A program made the position numbers and the translations under genes. Below the pieces are notes generated by a model that did no database searches, had not been told where the DNA came from, and saw only the letters and a program-made list of their open reading frames with translations. 64,000 nucleotides of DNA, taken from assembly GCA_963813815.1 (NCBI GenBank), contig CAWFAD010000012.1, positions 1 to 64,000 on the forward strand. Direction: 5' to 3'. Source of the stretch: an uncultured bacterium. GTDB lineage: Bacteria > Krumholzibacteriota > Krumholzibacteriia > Krumholzibacteriales > Krumholzibacteriaceae. This document shows, piece by piece, positions 38,878 to 47,883 of this stretch. Position 1 is the stretch's first letter, and each line of letters opens with the position of its first letter.

Positions 38878-40224
38878 ATGGTGAATGGCCATGCCACATC
38901 CGCCGCCACGAGAATCCTCGCGCGCATTCTGCCCGTGCTGCTCCCCCTCCAGATGTCGGCCGCCCGCGTCAACGCGGACGAGGGTTCGCGCCCGGCGTTC
39001 GACTGGGGCGCGAACCTTCGCCTCCGCCAGGAATACCTCGCGAACGTCTACGACTTTTCCGAGGCGGCCGAGGACGATTACAACTCGATCCGCGTGCGCT
39101 CGCAGCTGTGGGGCTCGTGGACGCCGGGCGAACGCTGGAAGCTCTTCGCGATGATCGCGAACGAGCACCGCCACTGGCTCAAGTCGAACAAGGGTCTCGA
39201 GGACGCCGATTTCGAGATCCACGAGCTTCTCGTTGAGAATCTCTACCTCGAGGGGAAGCAGATCCGCGGCACGCCGTTCGGATTCGTCCTCGGCCGTCAG
39301 AATCTGTTCTACGGCGAGGGCTTCGTCTGCTGGGACGGGGGGCCGCTCGACGGATCGAGGACCGCCTATTTCAACGCCCTCCGCCTCACGGCGGCCTTCG
39401 AGAAACGCCGTTTCGAAATCCACCTCATCTCGGACCCCGAGCGCGACCGGTATCTCACGCCCGTCAACGACCAGCGGCAGCGGCTCATCGAATGGGACGA
39501 GACGGGCGCCGGGCTCTACTATATCGACGAATCGATGGAAAAACGGAAAATCGAGGCCTACTACTTCTACAAGAACGAGCGAGACGACGGCGGAGAATAT
39601 CCGGAGAGCGACATTCACACGATCGGCGTCCGCGCCTCGGGGGAGGCCGCCGAGAACCTCACGTTCTCGGCCGAGGGCGCCGCGCAGATGGGCGACCGCG
39701 GATCGAGCAACCGCCTCGCCTACGGAGGCCACGCGACGCTGAAGCGGGCGTTCCGCCCCTTCGCGCTGAGCGGCGGGGGAATCTATCTCTCGGGCGATGA
39801 TTGCTCCCTCGACCGCTACGAGGGCTGGGATCCGCTCTACGGCCGCTGGCCGAAATGGAGCGATCTCTACATATACGCGCTCGCCGGCGAGCGGGGAGCC
39901 GCATACTGGGAAAACATCGCCTCGCTCTGGCTCGGCGGCGATTACGCGCCGATCGACCGGCTCTCCCTCGAGCTTCGGCTGCGCTTCCTCTGGGCGCCGG
40001 AGGCGCGATGGGAGGATTGGCCCGAGCCCTGCTCGAATCCGCCGACCGGAACGTTCGGCGAGTTCGCCTATCGCGGCACCATGTCGATCGTGAAGCTCAA
40101 CTGGACCGTGAACGAGTATCTCGCCGGCCACCTCCTCTGGGAGGCGTTCCGGCCGGGCGACTACTACACCATGAGCGAGGACACGGCGCATTTTCTCCGA
40201 TGGGAGATCCTCGCGAAATACTAG
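38878..40224 (+). CDS. outer-membrane beta-barrel, alginate-export (AlgE-like) family
   Basis: GAAGGAG RBS; N-terminal signal-like segment; LRLRQEY, LGRQNLFYGEGF, YLSGDD, aromatic-rich strands, terminal Tyr. Confidence 0.7.
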   Translation: MVNGHATSAATRILARILPVLLPLQMSAARVNADEGSRPAFDWGANLRLRQEYLANVYDFSEAAEDDYNSIRVRSQLWGSWTPGERWKLFAMIANEHRHWLKSNKGLEDADFEIHELLVENLYLEGKQIRGTPFGFVLGRQNLFYGEGFVCWDGGPLDGSRTAYFNALRLTAAFEKRRFEIHLISDPERDRYLTPVNDQRQRLIEWDETGAGLYYIDESMEKRKIEAYYFYKNERDDGGEYPESDIHTIGVRASGEAAENLTFSAEGAAQMGDRGSSNRLAYGGHATLKRAFRPFALSGGGIYLSGDDCSLDRYEGWDPLYGRWPKWSDLYIYALAGERGAAYWENIASLWLGGDYAPIDRLSLELRLRFLWAPEARWEDWPEPCSNPPTGTFGEFAYRGTMSIVKLNWTVNEYLAGHLLWEAFRPGDYYTMSEDTAHFLRWEILAKY

Positions 40225-40247
40225 ACGTATTCGAAAGGCGCTCGAGC

Positions 40248-40364
40248 ATGGGACCGTTTCGTTTTCCGTGGCCGACCTTCATGGCCTTCGTCGTGACCGC
40301 CGCGAGCGTCGTCGTGGCGCTCGTCTGGGCGCTCCGCGACCGCGCCCGCGACCGCAGACCCTAG
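40248..40364 (+). CDS. 38-aa single-TM peptide, probable symporter accessory protein
   Basis: MGPFRFPWPTFMAFVVTAASVVVALVWALRDRARDRRP; directly upstream of an SSS gene; GAAAGG upstream. Confidence 0.65.
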   Translation: MGPFRFPWPTFMAFVVTAASVVVALVWALRDRARDRRP

Positions 40365-40388
40365 GCCATTCACAGAGGGGGTACGCGA

Positions 40389-41807
40389 GTGACGCTCCTG
40401 CAGGCGTGCATCGCCGTTTTGTTCCTCTACATCGCCGTTCTCATGGGGGTGGGCATCTGGAGCGCCCGCCGGACGCAGTCGGCCGGCGATTTCATTCTCG
40501 GCGGGCGTACGATCGGCCCGTGGGTGACCTCGCTCTCCTACATCGCCGTCTACTTCAGCTCGGTCCTCATCATCGGAGGCGGCGCGTTCGGCTACAAATA
40601 CGGCATGGCGACGATCTGGATCGGCGCGATCAATGTGATCGTCGGCTGCACGCTCTGCTGGATCGTTCTCGGGCGGCGCGTGCGCGAGATGACGGAGCGC
40701 CTCGGGGTGCGGACGATCTCGGGGTTCTTCGCCCGGCGCTTCAACTCCCCGGCGGCGGGGATCTATTCGGCCGCGGTGGCCTTTCTCTTCCTCATCATCT
40801 ACAACGTGAGCGTCGTGAAGGGGATGGCGAACGCATTCGAGGTCCTCATGGATCTCCCCTACTGGGGGGGCGTGCTCATCTCGGGGCTCGTCATCATTTT
40901 CTACGTGGTGCTCGGCGGGTACATGGCCGTCGTCTGGACAGGATTCCTGCAGGCGTGGGTGATGATCTTTTCGCTTCTCCTCCTTCTCTTCAAGACCGTC
41001 GGAGCGGTCGGCGGCCTCGGCGCCGGCATGGAGAGGCTCGCCGCCCTCGGACCGCAGTACGTCGAAACGCCGGGCGTGTGGGGATGGGCGGGGCTCTTCA
41101 GCTTCTCCCTCGTCGTGAGCCTCGGCGTTTGGGGCATGCCGCAGCTCGTCATACGCTTCTACAGCGTCAAGGACACGAAGACGCTCCGGCTCGGCACGGT
41201 CATCGTGACGATCGGGGCCGCGATCGCCGTCATCCCCTACCTCGTCGGCGCCCTCACGCGCGTGCTCATCCCCGGCCTCGAGCACCCCGATCTCGCGATC
41301 CCGAAGCTCGTCGCCCTCGTGCTCTCCCCCTGGGAAGCCGCCGTGCTGCTCGCCGGCGTCGTCGCGGCCGGTATGTCCACCTTCGCCGGCGTGCTCATCA
41401 TCATCTCGAGCTCGCTCGTGAGCGACATCTACCAGCACGGCCTCCATCGCAAGCTCACGAACGCGCAGGAGGTCTTCGCCAACCGCATCGTGAGCGCCTC
41501 CGTGGGGCTCATCTCTCTCGCGATCGCGCTGCGTCCCCCCGCGCTCATTCTCGTCCTCACGGGGTTCGCGTGGGCCGTCATAGCGAGCACGACCCTCTGG
41601 CCGCTGCTGTTCGGGCTGTACTGGAAAGGGGCGAGCGCCGCCGGAGTCGTCGCGTCGATGATCGCCGGATCGCTCACGGCGATCGTCTGGACGTGGCTCA
41701 AGAAACCGTGGGGTGTGGACGGCTTCATCGCGGGATCGCTCGCGAGTCTCGCCGTTCTCGTGCTGATAACGGCCGCCGTTCGACGGCGCTCGCGTGAAGC
41801 CAGTTGA
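40389..41807 (+). CDS. sodium:solute symporter (SSS) family transporter
   Basis: DFILGGRTIGPW, GGYMAVVWT, GMPQLVIRFY, AAGMST, GLYWK; about 13 TM segments. Confidence 0.92.
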   Translation: MTLLQACIAVLFLYIAVLMGVGIWSARRTQSAGDFILGGRTIGPWVTSLSYIAVYFSSVLIIGGGAFGYKYGMATIWIGAINVIVGCTLCWIVLGRRVREMTERLGVRTISGFFARRFNSPAAGIYSAAVAFLFLIIYNVSVVKGMANAFEVLMDLPYWGGVLISGLVIIFYVVLGGYMAVVWTGFLQAWVMIFSLLLLLFKTVGAVGGLGAGMERLAALGPQYVETPGVWGWAGLFSFSLVVSLGVWGMPQLVIRFYSVKDTKTLRLGTVIVTIGAAIAVIPYLVGALTRVLIPGLEHPDLAIPKLVALVLSPWEAAVLLAGVVAAGMSTFAGVLIIISSSLVSDIYQHGLHRKLTNAQEVFANRIVSASVGLISLAIALRPPALILVLTGFAWAVIASTTLWPLLFGLYWKGASAAGVVASMIAGSLTAIVWTWLKKPWGVDGFIAGSLASLAVLVLITAAVRRRSREAS

Positions 41808-41834
41808 CGGCCGCGGCTGCCCGCCTCGCCGCCG

Positions 41835-43046
41835 CTACCTTCTCCGTCTCTTCAAACGGTTCACCGGACGCGGATAGCGCCCGAAATCCGGCTTTTTCTG
41901 CGCCTCTTTCGGTTCCGGCATGTCGACCGAGATGCCGGGGTGCCTCGAAACCGGAATCGCGGAGCGTATGAAGCGCTCGATCGCCTCCACGTCCTTCCGT
42001 TGATCCGGGGTCGCGAGCGTGATCGCGTGCCCCTTCACGCCCGCGCGCCCCGTGCGGCCGATGCGGTGCACGTAGTTCCCGGTGTCGTCGGGGAGGTCGT
42101 AGTTGACGACGAGCTCGATCGCCTTGACGTCGATGCCGCGCGAGGCGATGTCGGTAGCCACGAGAATGCGGCATTCCCCCGTCTTGAATCTGCGTAGAGC
42201 GTCCTTGCGTTGCCCCTGCGTGCGGTCGGCGTGGATCTCCCCCGCGGCGTGCCCCCTACCGCGCAGCAGTCTCGCCACCCGGCTCGCGGAGCGTTTCGTG
42301 CGCACGAAGATGAGCACGGAGCCGCCGTACTGACCGAGGAGCTGGCTCAGGAGCTCCGCCTTCATATCCTTCAGGACGAAGAATATCTCCTGCGTCACGA
42401 GCTCCGCCGCCGTGCCCGACGGTGCGATCTCGGTGCGCACCGGCAGGTGCATGTACTTCGACGCGATCCCGAGAATATCCGACTCCATGGTGGCGGAAAA
42501 GAGCATCGTCTGCCGCTGCTTCGGAATCAGCCTGATGATGCGCTCGATCTGCGGCAGAAAGCCCATGTCGAGCATCCGGTCCGCCTCGTCGAGAACGAGA
42601 ATCGTAACGTCCCTGAGCCTCAATCCGCGCTGCTCGATGTGGTCGTTCAGCCGCCCGGGGGTGGCGACGATGATCTGCGGGCGATCCTTGAGCGCCCTGA
42701 TCTGCTGCGGCATCGACTCGCCGCCGATCACGACCGCGATCCGAAGCTTGAAGGCCCGGACGAACCTCGTGAGGTCCTCGCTCACTTGCAGCGCGAGCTC
42801 GCGCGTCGGGACGAGCACGAGCCCCCTGCCCTTGCCTTGCGCGAGGCGCTGAACCATGGGAATACCGAAGGCGAGCGTCTTCCCCGTCCCCGTCTGGGCG
42901 ACTCCGATGACGTCCTTGCCCTCGATCGCGATCGGAATCGCCTTGGCCTGGATGAGCGTCGGAACGGTGAACTCGAGCGCGTCGAGCACGGCGAGGAGCC
43001 CCGGCGCGATGCCGAGCCCGAAAAAGTTTTCCTGTGTCTGATTCAT
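41835..43046 (-). CDS. DEAD-box RNA helicase (RhlE-like)
   Basis: AQTGTGKT, PTRELA, TPGRL, DEAD, SAT, SRGID, HRIGRTGRAG. Confidence 0.93.
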   Translation of the reverse strand: MNQTQENFFGLGIAPGLLAVLDALEFTVPTLIQAKAIPIAIEGKDVIGVAQTGTGKTLAFGIPMVQRLAQGKGRGLVLVPTRELALQVSEDLTRFVRAFKLRIAVVIGGESMPQQIRALKDRPQIIVATPGRLNDHIEQRGLRLRDVTILVLDEADRMLDMGFLPQIERIIRLIPKQRQTMLFSATMESDILGIASKYMHLPVRTEIAPSGTAAELVTQEIFFVLKDMKAELLSQLLGQYGGSVLIFVRTKRSASRVARLLRGRGHAAGEIHADRTQGQRKDALRRFKTGECRILVATDIASRGIDVKAIELVVNYDLPDDTGNYVHRIGRTGRAGVKGHAITLATPDQRKDVEAIERFIRSAIPVSRHPGISVDMPEPKEAQKKPDFGRYPRPVNRLKRRRR

Positions 43047-43110
43047 GAAACGATTCTGTCCTTTCCGCCCGAACCGAAGCGGCCGCGGCACGACGCCGCC
43101 GCGGCGGGGT

Positions 43111-43494
43111 TCAAGCAAACGCGCGCCAGCCGGCGAATCCCGCCGCCGCGAGGAGCGCGAGCCATAGAGCGACGATGACCGCCGCGGCCTTTTTGTTGCG
43201 GGGCAGGCCGTTCGCGAGCTCGGCGGAGGCCTGCTCGCGGCATTCCCGCCACACATCCCCGGGAATCGTCCTCAGCGCGAGCGCCACGCCGAGGGGAACG
43301 ATCAGCAGGTCGTCGAGCGCGCCGAGGATCGGAATGAAATCCGGAATGAGATCGACGGGGCTCAGCAGGTAGGCGACGACTCCCGCTATGATGATTTTCG
43401 AGACGCGCGGCACCCGCGGATGGCGCGAGGCGACGTACAGGGCGTACACGTCCCGGTTCATCCGCTCCGCGCGATTCTTCCAACGTTCGAACAT
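43111..43494 (-). CDS. YkvA/DUF1232 membrane protein
   Basis: AYLLSPVDLIPDFIPILGALDD. Confidence 0.9.
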   Translation of the reverse strand: MFERWKNRAERMNRDVYALYVASRHPRVPRVSKIIIAGVVAYLLSPVDLIPDFIPILGALDDLLIVPLGVALALRTIPGDVWRECREQASAELANGLPRNKKAAAVIVALWLALLAAAGFAGWRAFA

Positions 43495-43543
43495 GCCGAG
43501 TCTCCGGCCGCCCCGGCGCGGAGAAACGCCGGCCGCAGGAGCC

Positions 43544-44116
43544 CTAGAGCGGGCTGTTGAGCGCCTCGTTCGCGGCGCGGTCGGCCTCGCGGTTCTCCTC
43601 GCGAGGAATCTGCTGAAAACCATACTTCTCGAACCCGCCGACCGCCCGGCGGACCTCCTCGCCGAGGCGCTGCAATTCCGGATTCTTGATCCGGTAGACG
43701 CCGAGGAGCTGGCGGTACACGAGCTCGCTGTCGAGCCGGATCGTCACCTCGCTCGCTCCGAGCTCGCGCGCGACGGCGAGCCCCTCGATCACCGCGCGGT
43801 ACTCGGCGACGTTGTTCGTCGCCTCGCCGATCTTTTTCCCCCGCGAGTAGAGCTCGTCTCCCTCCGCCGTGTACACGGCCGCGCCGACCGCCGCCGGACC
43901 GGGATTTCCGCGGGACGCGCCGTCGACGTAGACGACGACGGAGAGCCCTCCGCGCCGCTCGGCCCCATCCTCCCCCCTCGCCGCCCCGACGGAGCGGGCG
44001 AGCTCGAGCAGGGCGCCCGCGGCCTCTTCCGCCGACGCGAACCCCGCCTCCCGCCAGCAATCGTTCAATCCGCCGCCGGCGGCGAAGAGCTTCAGCAATC
44101 GGACGAGTTTATCCAT
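43544..44116 (-). CDS. rnhA: ribonuclease HI family protein with N-terminal extension
   Basis: YVDGASRGNPGP, TNNVAEY, LDSEL, PREENREADRAAN; acidic active-site residues intact; start at 44116 inferred. Confidence 0.88.
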   Translation of the reverse strand: MDKLVRLLKLFAAGGGLNDCWREAGFASAEEAAGALLELARSVGAARGEDGAERRGGLSVVVYVDGASRGNPGPAAVGAAVYTAEGDELYSRGKKIGEATNNVAEYRAVIEGLAVARELGASEVTIRLDSELVYRQLLGVYRIKNPELQRLGEEVRRAVGGFEKYGFQQIPREENREADRAANEALNSPL

Positions 44117-44160
44117 AGGACTCGGCGGCGCGCCTCCGCGCCCGTTTTCCGGCGCGCGGC

Positions 44161-44883
44161 CTACGCGCGCTCCTCGAAATAGACGAGGATCCTGCCGCAG
44201 GTCTCGCACGCCATGATCTCGTTGTTCCGTCTCACCTCGTGCGCGGTCTGCGGCGGCACGCGCGAGTAGCATCCCTGGCAGATGTCCGCCACGATATTGG
44301 CGACTCCCGAATCCCCCTTCGCCCTGAGGATGCGCTCGTAGAGCCGGCGGATCTCGGGCGAAAGATGCGGGAGGATCCGCAGCTTTTCGTCCTCGATGAT
44401 CTTGAGAGAATCTTCCGCTTCCTTCTGCCGCGCGACGAGTTGTTCCTTCTCCTGGACAAGCGCGCTCTTCCCTCGATCGATGCGTTCCTGGATCGCCTTC
44501 AACGATTTCCTGTGCGCCTCGGTCTCGTCGAGAATGACGAGAATCCGCTCCTCCCCCTTGTCGATTTGGGTGCCGAGGTACTGCATCTCCGCGAGAAGCG
44601 CCTGGAACTCCTTGTTCGATCCGACCTGGCGCTGTTCGGCGCGCTTGTGCTCGAGCTCGGCCTTCTGGCTATCGATGAGGCTCGTGATGTGGCTCTTCTC
44701 CCGCTCGAGCCTCTCGATGTGCTTGCTCTCCTCGACGAGATCCTCGTCCATGCGGCTGATCTCCTTGTCGATCACCCTGACGCGGCCGGGAACGCCGTCG
44801 GAGAGCTTGCGCAGATCCCTGATTTCCCTGTCCTTCTGAACGATCCGAATGAGATGCTGAATATCCTCCTCGACCGTCGGCAT
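44161..44883 (-). CDS. coiled-coil protein with C4 zinc ribbon (zf-RING_7/DUF164 family)
   Basis: Long heptad coiled coil then CQGC..CETCGRIL; 240 aa; adjacent to rnhA. Confidence 0.88.
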   Translation of the reverse strand: MPTVEEDIQHLIRIVQKDREIRDLRKLSDGVPGRVRVIDKEISRMDEDLVEESKHIERLEREKSHITSLIDSQKAELEHKRAEQRQVGSNKEFQALLAEMQYLGTQIDKGEERILVILDETEAHRKSLKAIQERIDRGKSALVQEKEQLVARQKEAEDSLKIIEDEKLRILPHLSPEIRRLYERILRAKGDSGVANIVADICQGCYSRVPPQTAHEVRRNNEIMACETCGRILVYFEERA

Positions 44884-44902
44884 GCCCCTTCCTTTCCTTC
44901 CT

Positions 44903-44935
44903 AAAAAAAGAATGCTTCCCGGGGGGAAGCATTCT
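44903..44935 (-). terminator. intrinsic terminator or attenuator just upstream of the zinc-ribbon gene RBS
   Basis: 12-bp stem AGAATGCTTCCC/GGGAAGCATTCT followed by a run of T on the minus strand. Confidence 0.8.
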
Positions 44936-45055
44936 GGAGATTCCGTCGCGAGGAACCGCCCGTCGTGCGACCGGGTCCTCGATCCCTACCTCTACAGGCG
45001 TCGTTTCGAGCCATACGTCCCTCGGCGAAAGATCCTTTCATCCGTTCCAGAGAAG
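44903..45055 (-). ncRNA. candidate structured leader RNA or sRNA, family not recognised
   Basis: About 150 nt between a promoter and a terminator with internal pairings; no convincing ORF. Confidence 0.45.
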
Positions 45056-45060
45056 GGAAT

Positions 45061-45090
45061 AGGGTATACGAGGAGTCGAGGGGCAGTCAA
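45061..45090 (-). promoter_or_regulatory. putative sigma70 promoter of the leader and zinc-ribbon gene
   Basis: TTGACT-N18-TACCCT (or N16-TATACC). Confidence 0.5.
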
Positions 45091-45121
45091 GATGTTTCTG
45101 AGAGATGTCTATAGCCCGGAA

Positions 45122-46216
45122 TCAGTCTCCGGCGATCTCCGTCTCGCTCGCGAAAGGCGTGTAGTCGAAGAGAAACTCGCGCACCTTCCAGCTCGCGCCG
45201 CCGTCCGCGGTGACGAGAAGGAGGGAGCGCTTGTAGATCATGTCCCCCACGATCTCGTCGGCCCCGCGCCCGACGACCCAGCCATCCAGCGCGCCGGAGA
45301 AGCAGATTCCGCGGAGGTCGACGATGCGGTCGTCTGGAGGCGTGATGTTCACCCACGTGGCGCCGCCGTCCTGCGTTCGAAGAATCGTCCTGCCTCCCGC
45401 CGCGAAACCGCGGGAGGAATCGAGAAAGAAAAACTCGCGCACGGTCGCCGAAGGCACCTGCGTCATCCAGCTCGCGCCTCCGTCCACGGTCTTCATGATG
45501 ACCCCGCCGCCCGCCCATCCCGTCAGATCGTCGGCGAACCATATGGTCATTACGGTGCGGAGCACGGACGCCCGCGATCCCTCGACGGGCTCCCATTCCT
45601 CGCCGCCGTTCCCCGTGCGATAGAGAAAAACCGGATCGCTCTCGAGATAGCGGCCTCCGAGGAGATACGCGGTGCGATCGTCCACGAAGCTCACGTCGAG
45701 CGCTGCCCGGTCGGGCGCCTCCTCCAGCCAGTCGTTCCGCCAGCTCGCGCCGGCGTCGCCCGTGCGGTAGAGGCCGCGATAGCCGAGCAGGTAACCGATG
45801 CTTTGGCCGAAAAACTGCACCTTGTAGAAATCCTCGTCCGGCGGGCAGCCCTCACAATCGTTCTTCGTCCAGCTCCCGCCACCGTCGAGCGTTGAATGGA
45901 GCGAGCCGTCCTTCCCCGCCACCCATCCCAGCGATCGATCGATGAAGTACACGTCGTTCAGATTTCCCGCCTCGAGCGTCGAGCCGCTCCAGGTCTCGGC
46001 GCAGTCGACCGTCGTCATGAGCGTGCCGAGGTTTCCGGAGACACAGCCGAACTGGCGATCCACGGCGAAGACGTCGCTCGCCGCGCAGATGGTGTTGTCC
46101 GGAACCGGCCCGGGGGGTTCGGGAGACACGACGGCGTCCCTTGAGCACGAGTGGATCTCGAAATAGATGAACGCGATGATGGCGAGCGCCAGAGCGGCGC
46201 TCCTCGCGAGTTGCAA
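45122..46216 (-). CDS. YCF48-like/BNR-repeat beta-propeller exported protein
   Basis: Repeated TxDGGxSW/GWxxG motifs; hydrophobic N-terminus ending HSC (possible lipoprotein); start uncertain (TTG 46216 or ATG 46297). Confidence 0.8.
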   Translation of the reverse strand: MQLARSAALALAIIAFIYFEIHSCSRDAVVSPEPPGPVPDNTICAASDVFAVDRQFGCVSGNLGTLMTTVDCAETWSGSTLEAGNLNDVYFIDRSLGWVAGKDGSLHSTLDGGGSWTKNDCEGCPPDEDFYKVQFFGQSIGYLLGYRGLYRTGDAGASWRNDWLEEAPDRAALDVSFVDDRTAYLLGGRYLESDPVFLYRTGNGGEEWEPVEGSRASVLRTVMTIWFADDLTGWAGGGVIMKTVDGGASWMTQVPSATVREFFFLDSSRGFAAGGRTILRTQDGGATWVNITPPDDRIVDLRGICFSGALDGWVVGRGADEIVGDMIYKRSLLLVTADGGASWKVREFLFDYTPFASETEIAGD

Positions 46217-46412
46217 TTTTCCACGCCTGTTGCAATTCGGCGATGAGCTGTTGACGTCACCCATTTCAGCTGCGCTCCAGATGTTAATGTAACCCATCTA
46301 TTAGCAAAGGATTACGGATATTCCTCAACGGCGGCCGCCCGCGTCGTCCGTCTTCGATGCCGGACGCAAGGACCCAGCGCAAGCATCGCGCCCATCCGAC
46401 TCAGGACCATTC

Positions 46413-46880
46413 CTAGCGCAGCTTGAGCTCCATGAATATTGGATGCTCGAGAGGATTGCGGCGATAACGCTTGCACGGAACGAATCCGAGCGAGCGGTAG
46501 AGCGCGTTCGCCTCCGTCATCGACTCCAGCGTGTCGAGACACATCCGCTCGTACCCGGCGGCCGTCGCGAACGCCACCGCCTCGAGCGCGAGGGATCGGC
46601 CGATGCCGCGGCCGCGACAGGCGGGTTTCACGTAGAGGCGCTTCATTTCGCAGACGCCCTCCCCGAAGGGACGCACGCCGATGCAGCCGCAGGTCTCGCC
46701 GCCGGAGAAAGCCGCGACGATCGTCCCGAGCGGCGGCGCGTAGCAACCGGGAAGCGAGGCGAGCTCCTCGTCGAAGTTCTGGAAGCAGAGGTTGAAACCG
46801 AGCGAGGCGCCGTACTCCTCGAAGAGCGCCCGCACTCGCGGCATGTCGGCGCTTTCGCAAAGGTGTCGAAGCTCGATCAT
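46413..46880 (-). CDS. GNAT-family N-acetyltransferase
   Basis: CEMKRLYV..RGRGIG, LDTL, ALYRSLGF. Confidence 0.92.
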   Translation of the reverse strand: MIELRHLCESADMPRVRALFEEYGASLGFNLCFQNFDEELASLPGCYAPPLGTIVAAFSGGETCGCIGVRPFGEGVCEMKRLYVKPACRGRGIGRSLALEAVAFATAAGYERMCLDTLESMTEANALYRSLGFVPCKRYRRNPLEHPIFMELKLR

Positions 46881-46892
46881 CGCGCCCCTTTC

Positions 46893-46930
46893 AAAAAGAC
46901 GGGCGCGAGCGTCGTCGACGCCCGCGCCCG
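46893..46930 (-). terminator. intrinsic terminator after the porin gene
   Basis: CGGGCGCGGGCGTC/GACGCTCGCGCCCG stem followed by TCTTTTT on the minus strand. Confidence 0.65.
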
Positions 46931-46957
46931 CAAGAAAACGAATCGGCCGGCAAGACT

Positions 46958-47581
46958 CTAGAACGCGAAGCCGTAGCCGACGAGGATCGAGACGACGCTG
47001 TTCTTCACGTCGACCTCATCGACGCCCTCGGCGGGTTCGTCGATCGTCGTCATGCCGACTTCATAGCGAACCTCGGCGCAGAGCATGCCCTTTTCCATCT
47101 GATAGCCGAGACCGGCGCCGGCGATGATGCCGATGTCGGTGCTCTTCGTAACGTCCTTCATGTCCGCGCTATAGTCCCCGACCTCCACATCCGCCGACAT
47201 GAGAATGCCGAGAGCCGGGCCGGCGTAGAGATTCGGCTTGATCTTGCCTTCGGTCGGCAGATTGACCTTGAAGAGGAGCGGAATCTCGAAGTAGTTGACC
47301 TTGTACGAACCATCGACATCGCCTTCCGTGAACTCCGCGCCCTTCATCGAGAAGAGGAGCTCGGGCTGAATCGCGAAGATGTCGGTGAGCTTGTAGCACA
47401 TGAAGACGCCGCCGGCCATTCCGATCTTCATGGAGGTGTCTTCGACGTCCTCGCCGGAGAGATTCGCAAGGTTGAGGCCGCCCTTGACGCCGAACATCAT
47501 TTTGCCGTCCTGCGCGAAAAGCGGCGAGGAGAACGCGACGAGCGCCGCGAGCGCCACGATTGCCAACGTATACTTCTTCAT
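46958..47581 (-). CDS. outer-membrane beta-barrel, porin family (OMP_b-brl_2/PorT-like)
   Basis: Signal peptide; FGVKGGLN, IQPELLFSMKG, YFEIPLL, AGP, RYEVG, terminal YGFAF. Confidence 0.85.
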   Translation of the reverse strand: MKKYTLAIVALAALVAFSSPLFAQDGKMMFGVKGGLNLANLSGEDVEDTSMKIGMAGGVFMCYKLTDIFAIQPELLFSMKGAEFTEGDVDGSYKVNYFEIPLLFKVNLPTEGKIKPNLYAGPALGILMSADVEVGDYSADMKDVTKSTDIGIIAGAGLGYQMEKGMLCAEVRYEVGMTTIDEPAEGVDEVDVKNSVVSILVGYGFAF

Positions 47582-47802
47582 TTCTCGAACCTCCGTCTTT
47601 GATTGAGATTGCTGTTGCATCCGCCGTTCATATCTACGCGAGGCATCGCTCGTTCAGATCGATTCACCTCCTCGCGGGACGTGCCTCGAGAGCGCGCGCG
47701 ATATTTCGCACACATATACAACCATACGCACCGGTCGTGCAAATGTTTTTTACAATTTCGGCCCGCGGCGTTCCCGCCCGCGGGCCGTTTCACCATGATG
47801 CT

Positions 47803-47877
47803 TGGTGGGCCCACCAGGGTTCGAACCTGGGACCGACCGGTTATGAGCCGGGAGCTCTACCACTGAGCTATGGGCCC
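47803..47877 (-). tRNA. tRNA with CAT anticodon, probably tRNA-Ile2 (lysidine type)
   Basis: GGGCCCATAGCTCAGTGGTAGAGC..CTCATAA..GGTTCGAACCC..TGGGCCCACCA; paired G1-C72 excludes initiator; C4-G69 and C5-G68 favour Ile2. Confidence 0.9.
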
Positions 47878-47883
47878 GAGAGA

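Noticed and set aside
44940..44965. Canonical T-box riboswitch call for the leader
   Set aside because: The UGGN bulge reads CGGU, stem I signature motifs are missing, and the downstream genes are not amino-acid related; kept as an unclassified RNA
47803..47877. Initiator tRNA-fMet or a prophage attachment site
   Set aside because: Paired 1-72 and no GGG/CCC anticodon stem rule out fMet; no integrase or repeated 3' end was seen
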